Assembly (NCBI GenBank): GCA_016206285.1
Contig: JACQRW010000007.1
Coordinates: 16,455-80,454, forward strand
From: Candidatus Sungiibacteriota bacterium
GTDB lineage: Bacteria > Patescibacteriota > Minisyncoccia > Sungbacterales > HO2-52-23
DNA length: 64,000 nt
Direction of reading: 5' to 3'
The translations under genes and the position numbers were made by a program. Shown in pieces: positions 10,921 to 20,995 of this stretch; the first letter of the stretch is position 1, and each line of letters starts with the position of its first letter. The notes below the pieces were generated by a model that was not told the origin of the DNA, did no database searches, and was given only the letters and a program-made list of their open reading frames with translations.

Positions 10921-11979
10921 CTAACCTTTTGAGCCCTTGCCGATGCGAGGGCTCGTTTTCATATAATCTTTCTGCCATTCGATAGTGCGTGCCAAGCCTT
11001 TTGAGAATGGAGTGAATCTGAATTTTTTCATTTCGCGTTTTATCTTGGCAAGATTAAGTTTTACAAGTTCCGGATCTTTTCCGATATGCGCGAGACCGGA
11101 AGTTTGAGCCGGAATGGCGTAGTCCGCATGACAGTATTTGGCAATTTTTTTTGCGAGATCAAGAATTGAGAGACTGTCTTTGCCGCCGACATTGTAGACC
11201 ATCTCGCGGCTTTCAAATGCGACAAATAAAATCATGGCAACGATATCGGCAATATATCCATACGTCTTTACCGATGTTCCCTGGTCAAGCAGAGAGATCT
11301 TTTTTTTCGTCAGGGCTTTTTGTATAAATTCGCTCATGACGCGCGTATCATCCGGAGGCAGGCCAGGGCCGTAGACATGCGAGATGCGGACAATTTTCGC
11401 ATTCACTCCCTTATTTTTTTTGTATGCCGCACACAACGCTTCGCCCAGGCGTTTTGATTCGGCATAGACGGATCTCGGCATATGCAACGGACAGTTCCCG
11501 TTAAAATCTTCTCTGACAGGGATAAGGCGGCTTGGAATATTGCCATAAATCTCCGCTGAACTGAAAAATACAAAAGTCGCGGACCGGGACGCTTCCAGAA
11601 GCGAGCGCGTGGCATCAACATTAATTGCGACGGTCGAAGCCGGATCTTGGACGAATTTCGCCGGCTGTGCATAGCCGGCTGCGTGAAAAATATAATCATA
11701 TCCTGCAAGATTGAACGGATGCGACAGATCAACGCGGCGATACGAAATACGCTTGTCATACCGCATCAGCGACTGTATGACCGGCCGGGGCCCGCTTAAA
11801 CTGACTGCATGGATCGTACAGCCAAGCCCAAGCTCGCGATTCGCGAGCGAGAGAACGCTCACGAGATACTGGCCCAGAAACCCGTTGGCCCCGGTAATCA
11901 GTATCTTCTTCCCTTTTGCCTTTCTTATGTTCACGCGGGCAAGAATTTCCCGGCAGTCAGCCTCAATGATATTATTCAT
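10921..11979 (-). CDS. NAD-dependent epimerase/dehydratase/reductase (extended SDR)
   Basis: ITGANGFLG, SSAEIYG, YAESK; start MNNIIE overlaps the stop of the upstream ThDP gene. Confidence 0.88.
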   Translation of the reverse strand: MNNIIEADCREILARVNIRKAKGKKILITGANGFLGQYLVSVLSLANRELGLGCTIHAVSLSGPRPVIQSLMRYDKRISYRRVDLSHPFNLAGYDYIFHAAGYAQPAKFVQDPASTVAINVDATRSLLEASRSATFVFFSSAEIYGNIPSRLIPVREDFNGNCPLHMPRSVYAESKRLGEALCAAYKKNKGVNAKIVRISHVYGPGLPPDDTRVMSEFIQKALTKKKISLLDQGTSVKTYGYIADIVAMILFVAFESREMVYNVGGKDSLSILDLAKKIAKYCHADYAIPAQTSGLAHIGKDPELVKLNLAKIKREMKKFRFTPFSKGLARTIEWQKDYMKTSPRIGKGSKG

Positions 11980-13813
11980 GAGTTTCAGTTTTTTTTCCTT
12001 TGATGCCACCGCCCGGAAGCGGAGGAGTTTCCCATCCCTCGACCGGATCAATGAGCATATTTTTGCGAAACTCGTCACGGGGCAAATAGGGATACATGTC
12101 TTCGATGGGAGTGGCCCATCCGAACACGCGCGGCTCATAAGTATACCAGTTGCCGCAGTCAACATCACAGACAACCGGCCCGTCATAGGCAAGAACTTCT
12201 TGGATCATTTTTTGAGCATCATCATTGTTTACCAGCCGCCGCGCAGGAATACCGTAGGCATCAACAACCTTCACAAAATCCGGAGGCGTGTATCCCTTGG
12301 GGCCGGACGCTTCATAGCGCCCCTCCACATTTGTTTCCTGAAACGCCTTGATGATGCCGTATACATGGTTGTTGATAATGAAAGTTTTTATTTTAATGCC
12401 ATACATGAGCAACGTCTGCAATTCCTGGATATTCATGGTAAATCCCCCGTCTCCGATAATGCAGACGACATTGCCCTTTTTATCGGAGCCAAACCATGCG
12501 CCCATAGCCCCGCAAAAAGAGAACCCCATAGGCGAATTGCCATTATTGGTAAGGTAACGCTGTCCATTTTTGGTCTCAAACGCATGATTACTGGTCACAA
12601 TATTGCCGCCGCAGTCGGCAATCAGAATATCCTGCTCCTTCATCTCCTGCGACAAAATCCTCATAAATGCGTACGGATTCACATATCCCTGCTGCTTGAA
12701 AAATTCAGGACGCACCGGATCATACTTTTCTTTCCATTCTAAAACCTGTTTCGTCCACGCCGATACGTCCGGCAGTGCAGCGCCTGCAAGTTTCTTTTCA
12801 AGCCGCTCCAGAAAAAGTTTTGCATCGCATAAAATACTCACATCAAACGGCACCTGCTGCAATTTTTTCTGCAGAAGCGCCGGATCAACGTCCACCACAT
12901 ATTTTTTCGCCGCACGCGCGAATGTTTTTAGATTTCCGCCGGTAATGCGGCCGGATATCCGGCTTCCCACCGCAAGCAGGAGATCGCTATTTTGAAGCCC
13001 GAAGTTTCGTCCTCTGCCGCCATACGTCCCCACACGCCCGCCATAATACTCATAATCGGAGGGGACGATATCAAGCGCATTCCATGTCGGAAAAACCGGG
13101 ATTTTCAGGATACGCCCTACGCGCTGCAGAAGTGCTTCTGCATGCGCTATCCCAACTCCCCCGCCTGCCAATATGGCAGGACGTTTGGCCTTCCGGAGAT
13201 CTTCCAAAAATCCGTCTATTCTTTTATCAATAACAGCAACATCATACGCAGTACGACTCGCCTCAATATCAAATCCAACCAACTTTTCCGGATCTACCTG
13301 GACTTTTTGAAGATTCTGCGGAATATCCAAAAGCACCGGCCCGGGCCGGCCGTCGGTCGCAAGAAACAATGCTTTCTCAAGCTCATACTTAATATCCTCG
13401 GCCTTGGTAACAAGCTTGGCGTATTTGGCAATGGGAGATACGATCGAAACAATATCCGTTTCCTGAAATCCCACTTGCCGGATAGAGGGATCGGAGCGCA
13501 GAAACTCCGAGTTAATCTGCCCGGTAATGAAAAGTGCCGGAACCGAATCGTAATAACAATTGCCTATGGGAGTGACCAGATTCATGCCGCCAGGACCGCT
13601 GGTGGCGATGGCAACGCCCGGTACACCTTTTATTTTTGCATAACCTTCCGCGGCAAACCCGGCTGCCTGTTCGTGCGCCATTGCCACGTATCCGGTCTTG
13701 TCCGTCCGGGTGAATGCATCAATCAGATAGGCATTTGCGGCGCCCGATACGACAAACATTTTGTCGATCCCCCGGCCGGCAAGATATTGAATGACAAAAT
13801 CTGCAAGTTGCAT
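11972..13813 (-). CDS. ThDP-dependent AHAS-like enzyme (YerE-like NDP-sugar branching enzyme)
   Basis: HEQAAGFAAEGYAK, TSGPG, GFQETDIV, GRPGPVLLDIP, GDGGF...NN ThDP motif; located in the glycan locus. Confidence 0.88.
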   Translation of the reverse strand: MQLADFVIQYLAGRGIDKMFVVSGAANAYLIDAFTRTDKTGYVAMAHEQAAGFAAEGYAKIKGVPGVAIATSGPGGMNLVTPIGNCYYDSVPALFITGQINSEFLRSDPSIRQVGFQETDIVSIVSPIAKYAKLVTKAEDIKYELEKALFLATDGRPGPVLLDIPQNLQKVQVDPEKLVGFDIEASRTAYDVAVIDKRIDGFLEDLRKAKRPAILAGGGVGIAHAEALLQRVGRILKIPVFPTWNALDIVPSDYEYYGGRVGTYGGRGRNFGLQNSDLLLAVGSRISGRITGGNLKTFARAAKKYVVDVDPALLQKKLQQVPFDVSILCDAKLFLERLEKKLAGAALPDVSAWTKQVLEWKEKYDPVRPEFFKQQGYVNPYAFMRILSQEMKEQDILIADCGGNIVTSNHAFETKNGQRYLTNNGNSPMGFSFCGAMGAWFGSDKKGNVVCIIGDGGFTMNIQELQTLLMYGIKIKTFIINNHVYGIIKAFQETNVEGRYEASGPKGYTPPDFVKVVDAYGIPARRLVNNDDAQKMIQEVLAYDGPVVCDVDCGNWYTYEPRVFGWATPIEDMYPYLPRDEFRKNMLIDPVEGWETPPLPGGGIKGKKTETHE

Positions 13814-13837
13814 ACAATCGATATTAATTAGTTTACA

Positions 13838-15058
13838 CTATAGCGCTTTTGCCGCAGCCCGTGCAAGTCTCCGGCAGCCTTCCAATAATTTTTGCGAAGT
13901 GTTTGCATAGCATATGCGGATATATTTTTTCCCTCCGGGGCCGAATCCGGAACCGGGACAAACCACCACGCCGTGTTTTTGCATGGCGTATTCGGCAAAT
14001 TGATCTCCGTCCATACCGGTCTTTGAAACATCTATAAAAAGGTAAAAGGCGCCGGATGGTTTTGAAAATTCGAACTTTTCAACTTTACCAAGCTCGCGCA
14101 AAACGATTTGGCGCAAACGCGCATATTCTCTCAAATATCGGGCGGAAAATTCATGGCGGCGCTCAAGCGCGGTCACGCATGCATCCTGCAAAAAAGGCGG
14201 AACGCACGAAACAATCGTCTGGGAAAGCAGAGCTATTTTCTCGATGATCTGCTCCGGCCCTATGGCATACCCAACCCGCCAGCCGGTCATGGCAAACGGC
14301 TTTGAAAAACCGTTGGTCACAATCACTCGCTCGCGGCATGAATCAAGCGTCCCCGGAGAAAAATGCGCCCCCTCATATACCAACCGTGAATAGATTTCAT
14401 CACTCAAGATGAATACGTTATGTTTTTTTGCCAGCGCATAAATTTTTATAATATCGCTTTTCGGATATACGCTGCCGGTAGGATTTGAAGGAGAATTAAT
14501 AACAATAAGGCGCGTTTTTGACGTAATACGCTTCTCAACCTCTGCCGGATCAAAACGAAAATTGTTCGTATGGGTTATTGGCACGCGCACGCCCTTGATC
14601 TTGAGCATATCAAGCACGGCGTTATAGGTAACAAAAGCGGGATCAGTCAGGATCACTTCCTCGCCCGAATTTACCAGCACGGCAAGAACATAATAAATCA
14701 GCGGGTTCGCCCCGGAAGTCACCACGATTTGGGACAAATCCGGCGTAAACTTGAAATCTTCTTTGACCGCCTTCTGAATCGCTACGCGCAATGTGTGTTC
14801 TCCATATGAGCTGCCGTAGTGCGTATGTCCGGCTTTCAACGCCGCAATCGCACTTTTCTTTACCTCCGACGGCATTTCAAGATGCGTATCTCCTATTTCA
14901 AAATGGATAAGGTCTTTACCCTGCCGCTCTAAATCCTGTGCCGCACCCAATATCCGAAACATAGATTGACCCACAATCCGCTTGGCAAAATCCGAAAACA
15001 CCAGACTCGATCGTGCCGCAGATATTTCTTTCCGGGTTTTTCTCTCTGATGTACTCAT
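13838..15058 (-). CDS. PLP-dependent aminotransferase class I/II
   Basis: NSPSNPTG, SDEIY, GFSKPFAMTGWRVGY, GAFY. Confidence 0.9.
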   Translation of the reverse strand: MSTSERKTRKEISAARSSLVFSDFAKRIVGQSMFRILGAAQDLERQGKDLIHFEIGDTHLEMPSEVKKSAIAALKAGHTHYGSSYGEHTLRVAIQKAVKEDFKFTPDLSQIVVTSGANPLIYYVLAVLVNSGEEVILTDPAFVTYNAVLDMLKIKGVRVPITHTNNFRFDPAEVEKRITSKTRLIVINSPSNPTGSVYPKSDIIKIYALAKKHNVFILSDEIYSRLVYEGAHFSPGTLDSCRERVIVTNGFSKPFAMTGWRVGYAIGPEQIIEKIALLSQTIVSCVPPFLQDACVTALERRHEFSARYLREYARLRQIVLRELGKVEKFEFSKPSGAFYLFIDVSKTGMDGDQFAEYAMQKHGVVVCPGSGFGPGGKKYIRICYANTSQKLLEGCRRLARAAAKAL

Positions 15059-15071
15059 GCGCGATAGACCG

Positions 15072-16040
15072 CTATATCTCTTTCGGGAGAAAAGGTTTTT
15101 TAAGCAGTCTTTTTGTATTCCGCACCACGGAGATTTTGAGCGCCGCCAGCGCCGCACGTCCGGAAACCTGCGGGCGCACCCAGTCGGAAAACCACTCCGG
15201 TAAATGCGGGGATTTCTCTTCAATCTTTTTATGAATCAGGTTTGACTGGTGTACCGCCTCGATCACGGCCATATTTTTCCCCTGCGCCTTATGCCACGCA
15301 AAAAACGCATGCGTATCCTTGGGCAGGCAATGGCCGCCGTATGAGCGCCCGTACCGGAGATAGCCCTTTTCTTCAAAAATAAAATTGAGCATCGCCTCGT
15401 TTCTGCTCACTGCCGCCTCATCGGTCGGAAGCGCTATGGCATTGCCGAATTCGTTGACAAAAGCTACCCGGAGCGAATTCCAGATGTTAGACAAATATTT
15501 GAGGTATGAGGCTTCTTCCGGCGTGCCGTAAAAAGTCTTGACCGCGGCGTTTTCCCAGCGGTCGAAAAAACTCGGCCTTGGCGCGTCTTCTTTAGTGCGC
15601 GAGCCGACAATAAAATAATGCGGCACCATGCACTCCTCCACTGCTTTTTTTTCATGGAGAAATTCCGGCACATAGTAATCAAACTCAAGCGTCTTCAGGT
15701 GCCCCGGCAATACGGTCGAACGAAGGATCACGCCGCCCTTTGCCTCTTTAAGCGGCTCCAGCGCTTTGCGGATCGCGGAAATATCCTGCTCGCCGTCCGG
15801 CATGACCCGGTCGCCCACGCACACCATATACCACGTATCCGGCCCATCCTTCTCAAGCACCCGGGACAAGGGTTTTATCCTGTCATAGGTCTTTTGGTGC
15901 GTATCCGCATAACGGAGCACCGGCGTCTGCACGTCGTAATAAAAGACATCGTAACCCGCATGTGAGAGCGCCAGGGCATTGGCCTGCCCGACCCAGCCGA
16001 ACCCCACGATAACCACCTTCTCTTGTGATGATGAACTCAT
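15072..16040 (-). CDS. UDP-glucose/GDP-mannose dehydrogenase family protein (short form)
   Basis: GFGWVG, LRSTVLPG, PEFL, KYLSN, YGGHCLPKD. Confidence 0.85.
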   Translation of the reverse strand: MSSSSQEKVVIVGFGWVGQANALALSHAGYDVFYYDVQTPVLRYADTHQKTYDRIKPLSRVLEKDGPDTWYMVCVGDRVMPDGEQDISAIRKALEPLKEAKGGVILRSTVLPGHLKTLEFDYYVPEFLHEKKAVEECMVPHYFIVGSRTKEDAPRPSFFDRWENAAVKTFYGTPEEASYLKYLSNIWNSLRVAFVNEFGNAIALPTDEAAVSRNEAMLNFIFEEKGYLRYGRSYGGHCLPKDTHAFFAWHKAQGKNMAVIEAVHQSNLIHKKIEEKSPHLPEWFSDWVRPQVSGRAALAALKISVVRNTKRLLKKPFLPKEI

Positions 16041-16184
16041 AAGATATTTACTTCAGTTCTACGATAATGTAATGTATAGTATAATCGCTTTTTGAGAGAT
16101 ACGCAAGCCATGCCTACCGGCAGACAGGCCAAGTTTATAGATAGCAGTATAACGAGAAAACGATATAAAAAGTTTCCACACAGT

Positions 16185-16727
16185 ATGAATAAAAAAATAA
16201 AAACCGTAGTACCGCAGTCTCGATGGATCCCGGACGAGCTTTTTCAGGCAATCCAGAAAAACATGCCGGTTGCGTGCGTTGATTTGATCGTACTCCGCCG
16301 CAGACAAAAGGGTATGCTCGAAACGCTCCTCATCAAAAGGAAAATTTATCCGGAACAGAGAAAATGGTGCCTGATCGGCGGGCGCATACTCAAAAACGAA
16401 TACACCAAAGACACCATCAAGCGGCAGGCCAAAGAAGAACTCGGCGTATCGGTTAAAATCCTGCCGCCGTGGAATGAAACGAATCCTTTTGCGGTTTTCA
16501 ATGATCCGATTTCCGACAAACAAAAACATTTTGTTGCGCTCGCCTATCCGGTCGTGATCACTAAAGGCGCACTGAATGCCACCGGCCCGGAATTCAGCGA
16601 AGCACGCTGGTTCCCACTTGATAAACTTCCCGCACGAATCGGCTTCTACCACCCAAAAGTGCTCGCAATGTTTTCCCGCGCTATGAAAAAAGGCCAGCAA
16701 AAGCCGACCGTTAATCTGTCTCAATAA
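16185..16727 (+). CDS. NUDIX hydrolase, GDP-mannose mannosyl hydrolase-like
   Basis: MPVACVDLIV, WCLIGGRILKNE...KRQAKEELGV (modified Nudix box). Confidence 0.8.
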   Translation: MNKKIKTVVPQSRWIPDELFQAIQKNMPVACVDLIVLRRRQKGMLETLLIKRKIYPEQRKWCLIGGRILKNEYTKDTIKRQAKEELGVSVKILPPWNETNPFAVFNDPISDKQKHFVALAYPVVITKGALNATGPEFSEARWFPLDKLPARIGFYHPKVLAMFSRAMKKGQQKPTVNLSQ

Positions 16728-16739
16728 GAGGATAAGCGA

Positions 16740-17315
16740 CTAGTCGAGGAGATAGTCCAAGGCAAGCGTAAGCGCCACCCATGACATAGCAATTTCCAAA
16801 TGCATGTCATCAAGACGACCTCGCAGAAGATTTCTGGCGCGTTTCGGATCGATAAGCACGACTTCGCTCTCCGGCATCTTCACCAGATACGCCCCCGTAG
16901 CAAGAAAAAAGTAATGTTCGCCACCGTCAATTTTGTCGGAAAAGTCAACCATTGGATCCTCCCGAAGTATGATCCAGTTTGTCGCTCCATAACCGGTTTC
17001 CTCAGTAAATTCACGTTTGGCGGCATCTAAAGGTGTCTCATCTTTTTTCACTCCGCCGGTAGCTGCCGTGAGCATGCGCTTCATCTGACCATACTTTGGC
17101 TCGCGTACCAAGATAATGTTGCCCGCATTGGTATGACCAATGACAACAGAAAAAGACCTTCCTTGCCGGTCCCACAGAAATTGCGGTTCGCGAATTATTC
17201 CACCTGAAGTTTCCACTATACGGCGGGTAACTTTGAAAAATGGGTTATCGTAGGCGATTGATTCTGAAACAATTTTGCCGACTTCCGTAGTATCATTTGG
17301 TTGTCGTTGACTCAC
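16740..17315 (-). CDS. NUDIX hydrolase
   Basis: GGVKKDETPLDAAKREFTEETGY; AGGAG before a GTG start. Confidence 0.85.
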   Translation of the reverse strand: MSQRQPNDTTEVGKIVSESIAYDNPFFKVTRRIVETSGGIIREPQFLWDRQGRSFSVVIGHTNAGNIILVREPKYGQMKRMLTAATGGVKKDETPLDAAKREFTEETGYGATNWIILREDPMVDFSDKIDGGEHYFFLATGAYLVKMPESEVVLIDPKRARNLLRGRLDDMHLEIAMSWVALTLALDYLLD

Positions 17316-17395
17316 TTGTATTTCTCCTCTTTCTTTATTATTATGATGTGAAAGATCAATTCAAGTAGGATAGTATCTTTAGTAAAAAAGTCAAT

Positions 17396-18385
17396 ATGTC
17401 AAAAATACTTATCACCGGCGGAACCGGATTTATCGGATATCATCTGGCAAAACGCTTGGTCGGCCAGGAGCACGAAGTCGTGCTCGCGGATAATTTTTTC
17501 CGCAGCGAGCGCGATGCCGATCTTATAGCGCTTCTTGAACAGCCCAATATCAAACTCATCGAAGCAGATCTGACTGATCCGGCATTATGGGACGCGCTTG
17601 GCACCGGATATGATTATGTGTACCACCTGGTGGGCATTAACGGGACAAAGCTCTTTTACGAAATCCCCCACGAAGTGCTGCGCATCGGAGTCACTACTAC
17701 GCTCAATGCGCTTGACTGGTTCAGAACCAAAAACAATCAGCCAAACGCGAAGATACTTTATACCTCCTCCAACGAGGCATATGCCGGAGCGCTTGATGCA
17801 TTCGGCAAGCTCTTGATCCCCACGCCGGAAAACGTACCGCTGGTGATCGCCGACCCCTACAACCCGCGGTGGTCGTACGCCGGACAAAAACTCATCGGAG
17901 AGCTTTTGTTCATCCACTATGCAAAAGCATACGGTTTTCGCATGTCCATAGTACGACCGCATAATTTTTACGGCCCGCGCGAGGGATATTTGCACGTGAT
18001 ACCGGAGATTATCGAGCGCATCCACGAGCAGCCCGATCCGTTTCCCATTTTTGGAGCCGATACTACGCGCTCTTTCTGCTATATTGATGACGCAGTGGAA
18101 GCGATCCAGACCGTCATGGAATCGGACAAGACGGATAACGGCACCTACCATATAGGCACGCACGAGGAGACGCTGATTAAAAACCTGATCGAAAATCTGT
18201 TCACGCTCATGAACTGGCATCCGAAAGAATTGGATATTCAAAACTCGCCCGAAGGCAGCGTAAAGCGCCGCCTGGCTGACGTCTCCAAAATCAAGGCCGA
18301 CATTGGATGGGAAGCAAAAATCGGATTGGAAGAAGGTCTGCGAAAAACTATTGAATGGTATACGGCGCATCCGCATAAAAAATAG
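17396..18385 (+). CDS. NAD-dependent epimerase/dehydratase (paralog 1)
   Basis: TGGTGFIG, SSNEAY, YAGQK, HNFYGP. Confidence 0.9.
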   Translation: MSKILITGGTGFIGYHLAKRLVGQEHEVVLADNFFRSERDADLIALLEQPNIKLIEADLTDPALWDALGTGYDYVYHLVGINGTKLFYEIPHEVLRIGVTTTLNALDWFRTKNNQPNAKILYTSSNEAYAGALDAFGKLLIPTPENVPLVIADPYNPRWSYAGQKLIGELLFIHYAKAYGFRMSIVRPHNFYGPREGYLHVIPEIIERIHEQPDPFPIFGADTTRSFCYIDDAVEAIQTVMESDKTDNGTYHIGTHEETLIKNLIENLFTLMNWHPKELDIQNSPEGSVKRRLADVSKIKADIGWEAKIGLEEGLRKTIEWYTAHPHKK

Positions 18386-19399
18386 ATGTCAAAAATACTT
18401 ATAACCGGCGGGGCCGGTTTTGTCGGATACCATCTGGCAAAACGGCTGGCGGATCAGGAACACGAAATAGTACTCGTTGATAATTTTTCGCGCAACGGAC
18501 GCGATGCCGATTTACTGACCCTGCTTCAACGGCCGAACACCAAGCTTATCGAAGGAGACCTTACCGATCCGGCATCATATGAGAAATTTGGCACCGGATA
18601 TGATTATGTATACCACCTCGCAGGCATCAACGGATTCCGGCAGTTCATGGACATGCCGCATGAAGTGCTGCGAGTCGGCGCTGCCACGGCTTTAAATATC
18701 CTTGACTGGTTCCGGACAAAAAACAATCCGCCGGCAGGCGGACAAGGCGCAAAAATTCTTTTTACCTCAAGCAACGAAGTATTCACCGGAGCACACGAGG
18801 CATTTGGTGCACTGCCCGTTCCCACGCCGGAAAATGTGCCATTGGTGATCGCCGACCCCTACAACCCGCGGTGGTCGTATGCCGGTTCAAAGATCATCAG
18901 CGAATTGTTGTTCATCCACTATGCCAAAGTGTATAACCTGCGCATGGTGATTGTGCGGCTCCACAATCTTTACGGCCCCGGTGCCGGATATGATGCCATG
19001 ATCCCAAAATTCATTGGACGCACTCATAATCGCCTTGACCCGTTCCCCATGTTCGGTCCGGACGATCTCCGCGCATCATGCTATATCGCAGACGCGGTCG
19101 AGGCTATGCAGACAGCCATCGAATCTTCCGCCACTGACGGACAAACATACCATATCGGCGACTCCCGCGAGGCCACGATAAAAACCATTTTGGAAACCAT
19201 GTTTGAGATCATGCAGTGGCATCCGAAAGAATTTGACATCAAACCGTCTCCGAATGGTCCGCCAACTGGCGGATCAACCCGAGATATACTCGACGTCTCC
19301 AAAATCAAGACCGACATTGGATGGGAAGCAAAAACCTCGCTTGAGCAGGGATTACGAAAAACCATCGAGTGGTACCTGGCGCATCCGGCCCAATCCTAA
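18386..19399 (+). CDS. NAD-dependent epimerase/dehydratase (paralog 2, with two PPxGG inserts)
   Basis: TGGAGFVG, YAGSK; colinear with 17396-18385. Confidence 0.9.
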   Translation: MSKILITGGAGFVGYHLAKRLADQEHEIVLVDNFSRNGRDADLLTLLQRPNTKLIEGDLTDPASYEKFGTGYDYVYHLAGINGFRQFMDMPHEVLRVGAATALNILDWFRTKNNPPAGGQGAKILFTSSNEVFTGAHEAFGALPVPTPENVPLVIADPYNPRWSYAGSKIISELLFIHYAKVYNLRMVIVRLHNLYGPGAGYDAMIPKFIGRTHNRLDPFPMFGPDDLRASCYIADAVEAMQTAIESSATDGQTYHIGDSREATIKTILETMFEIMQWHPKEFDIKPSPNGPPTGGSTRDILDVSKIKTDIGWEAKTSLEQGLRKTIEWYLAHPAQS

Positions 19400-19415
19400 T
19401 TATCAAAAATCAGTA

Positions 19416-19467
19416 TAATCATCTAAACAATTACTCGACGATCGTCAGAAGATTGTTAAGATGATTA
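19416..19467. repeat. Imperfect 52-bp palindrome centred on CGATCG
   Basis: taatcatctaaacaattactcgacga|tcgtcagaagattgttaagatgatta; 20 of 26 positions pair. Confidence 0.75.
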
Positions 19468-19472
19468 ACAAC

Positions 19473-19515
19473 AAAAAAGCGCGGGCTGAACTTCAGCGCC
19501 GCGCTCGTTTTTTTA
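19473..19515. terminator. Bidirectional intrinsic terminator
   Basis: A-tract, agcgcgg-gctgaa..ttcagc-g-ccgcgct stem, T-tract; lies between convergent genes. Confidence 0.7.
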
Positions 19516-19596
19516 CTAAAATAGACAATAATCGTCTTGCGTTTTAGTATGAAAAAAACAATCCACGAGAATCAAAATATCTATAAATTTTTACAT

Positions 19597-20847
19597 TCAG
19601 AAAATCTCCGGCTTGGGAAGCGGCATGATGAATTTGCCTTTGTAGCCGGCGGCGCGAAGTTTATCCATGAGCTCGTGGCCAATGTGCCAGGAAAGCATGA
19701 GTGCGAATTCGGGCTGATCCTCGAAGAGTTGTTTTTCATCAAGCACCGGAATATGCGTGCCGGGAGTGAACATGCCGATCTTTGGCGAGCCGGCGCGCTC
19801 TACGGCGTAGTCGAGCAATTGCTCGTCTATCTTGGCAAATCCGAGCAGCGTATTCGATCGACACGGGCTGCCGATACCCACAATGCGGCCGCCCGTCTGC
19901 TTGCACTCGATCAGCACGCGCAGCAATTCGTGTTTTGCGCCAACCGCATCAGCCGCAAACTCGCGGAGTTTCTTAATATCGTATAGCCCGGCTTCTTTTT
20001 CTTTTTTCATGAGTTCTTTGACCCGTACAGATGGAGCGTGCTTTCCCTTCATGGCATACACGCGAATGGAACCTCCGGCAGCGGTAATGCGCTCCGCATC
20101 CACAATACTCATGCCATACTGGCTAAAAAGATATTGCAAAGGTTTCAATCCATAAAACCGCAAGTGCTCGTGATACACCGTATCAAACTCAAGCTTTTCG
20201 ATAATGTCCATCAGGTATTGCGATTCGGAAACAAACACGCCGTCTTTATCCAAAACGGTTTTGATGCTTGCCATAAGCTCCGGCATGTTGATGATATGGG
20301 CAAACACATTAGTCGCGGTCACAAAACGCGCCTTGCCGTATTTTTTGACAACTGCGCGTGCAGTTTTCAAATCAAGAAACGCCTGAATCGTCGGGATCTT
20401 GTTTTTGTTCGCCACCTTTGCCGCGTCAGTCGGCTCAATGCCCAGCACCCGCAGCCCCCTTTCTTTGAATTGCGCGAGCAACGAGCCGTCGTTGGAGCCG
20501 ATGTCTATAATCAGATCTTTGGGCTTGAAATGGTATTGCTCATCCATAGTCTCGGCAAGCTGGCGGAAATTGCGGATAAGCATGTTGGTCATGCCGGTGC
20601 GGTACGGATAGTTTTTCGGAAACACGATCTCCGGATCAATGATATAGTCCACCTGGGTCAGCCCGCACTTGGTGCAAAATTGCAGATTGAGCGGATAGGT
20701 CATCTCATGCACTAATCTGTCAGTAAGATACTCCTGCGGAATGGGCTGATGCCCCAAAGAGAGCACCGGCTGCAATTTCGTATTCCCGCACACCTGGCAT
20801 TTGATAACCGGCCCGATATGGCGCGATGTGGTTTTTTTTGTAGGCAT
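19597..20847 (-). CDS. NDP-sugar C-methyltransferase (NovU/TcaB9-like, Zn-binding N-terminus)
   Basis: CQVC...CTKC, DIGSNDG, NVFAH, YHEHLRFY, GGSIR, G.FTPGTHIPV. Confidence 0.9.
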   Translation of the reverse strand: MPTKKTTSRHIGPVIKCQVCGNTKLQPVLSLGHQPIPQEYLTDRLVHEMTYPLNLQFCTKCGLTQVDYIIDPEIVFPKNYPYRTGMTNMLIRNFRQLAETMDEQYHFKPKDLIIDIGSNDGSLLAQFKERGLRVLGIEPTDAAKVANKNKIPTIQAFLDLKTARAVVKKYGKARFVTATNVFAHIINMPELMASIKTVLDKDGVFVSESQYLMDIIEKLEFDTVYHEHLRFYGLKPLQYLFSQYGMSIVDAERITAAGGSIRVYAMKGKHAPSVRVKELMKKEKEAGLYDIKKLREFAADAVGAKHELLRVLIECKQTGGRIVGIGSPCRSNTLLGFAKIDEQLLDYAVERAGSPKIGMFTPGTHIPVLDEKQLFEDQPEFALMLSWHIGHELMDKLRAAGYKGKFIMPLPKPEIF

Positions 20848-20885
20848 AGATTTTGTTGTGTTATGAAATTTGAAACGAAAAAAAA

Positions 20886-20931
20886 CACGTTATGGTAACG
20901 TGAATATAGCATCTTGAAACCGGAAGCGCAA
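20886..20931 (-). promoter_or_regulatory. Sigma70-type promoter with downstream palindromic operator candidate
   Basis: TTGCGC-N17-TATATT with extended TG (20931-20903), followed by cacgtta-tgg-taacgtg (20886-20902). Confidence 0.55.
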
Positions 20932-20995
20932 GTAAAAAATTTTGGTAGGGTGCGCACAAGTTTCCTCATACGCACCCCGATGACTGACGAGACGA

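Noticed and set aside
11972-13813. ilvB (branched-chain amino acid synthesis)
   Set aside because: No ilvN/C/D adjacent, and the sugar-pathway context favours a YerE-like role, so no symbol was assigned.
11711-13831. Long plus-strand ORFs (343 aa, 279 aa) and other antisense ORFs across the window
   Set aside because: They are shadows of well-supported genes on the opposite strand and carry no motifs.
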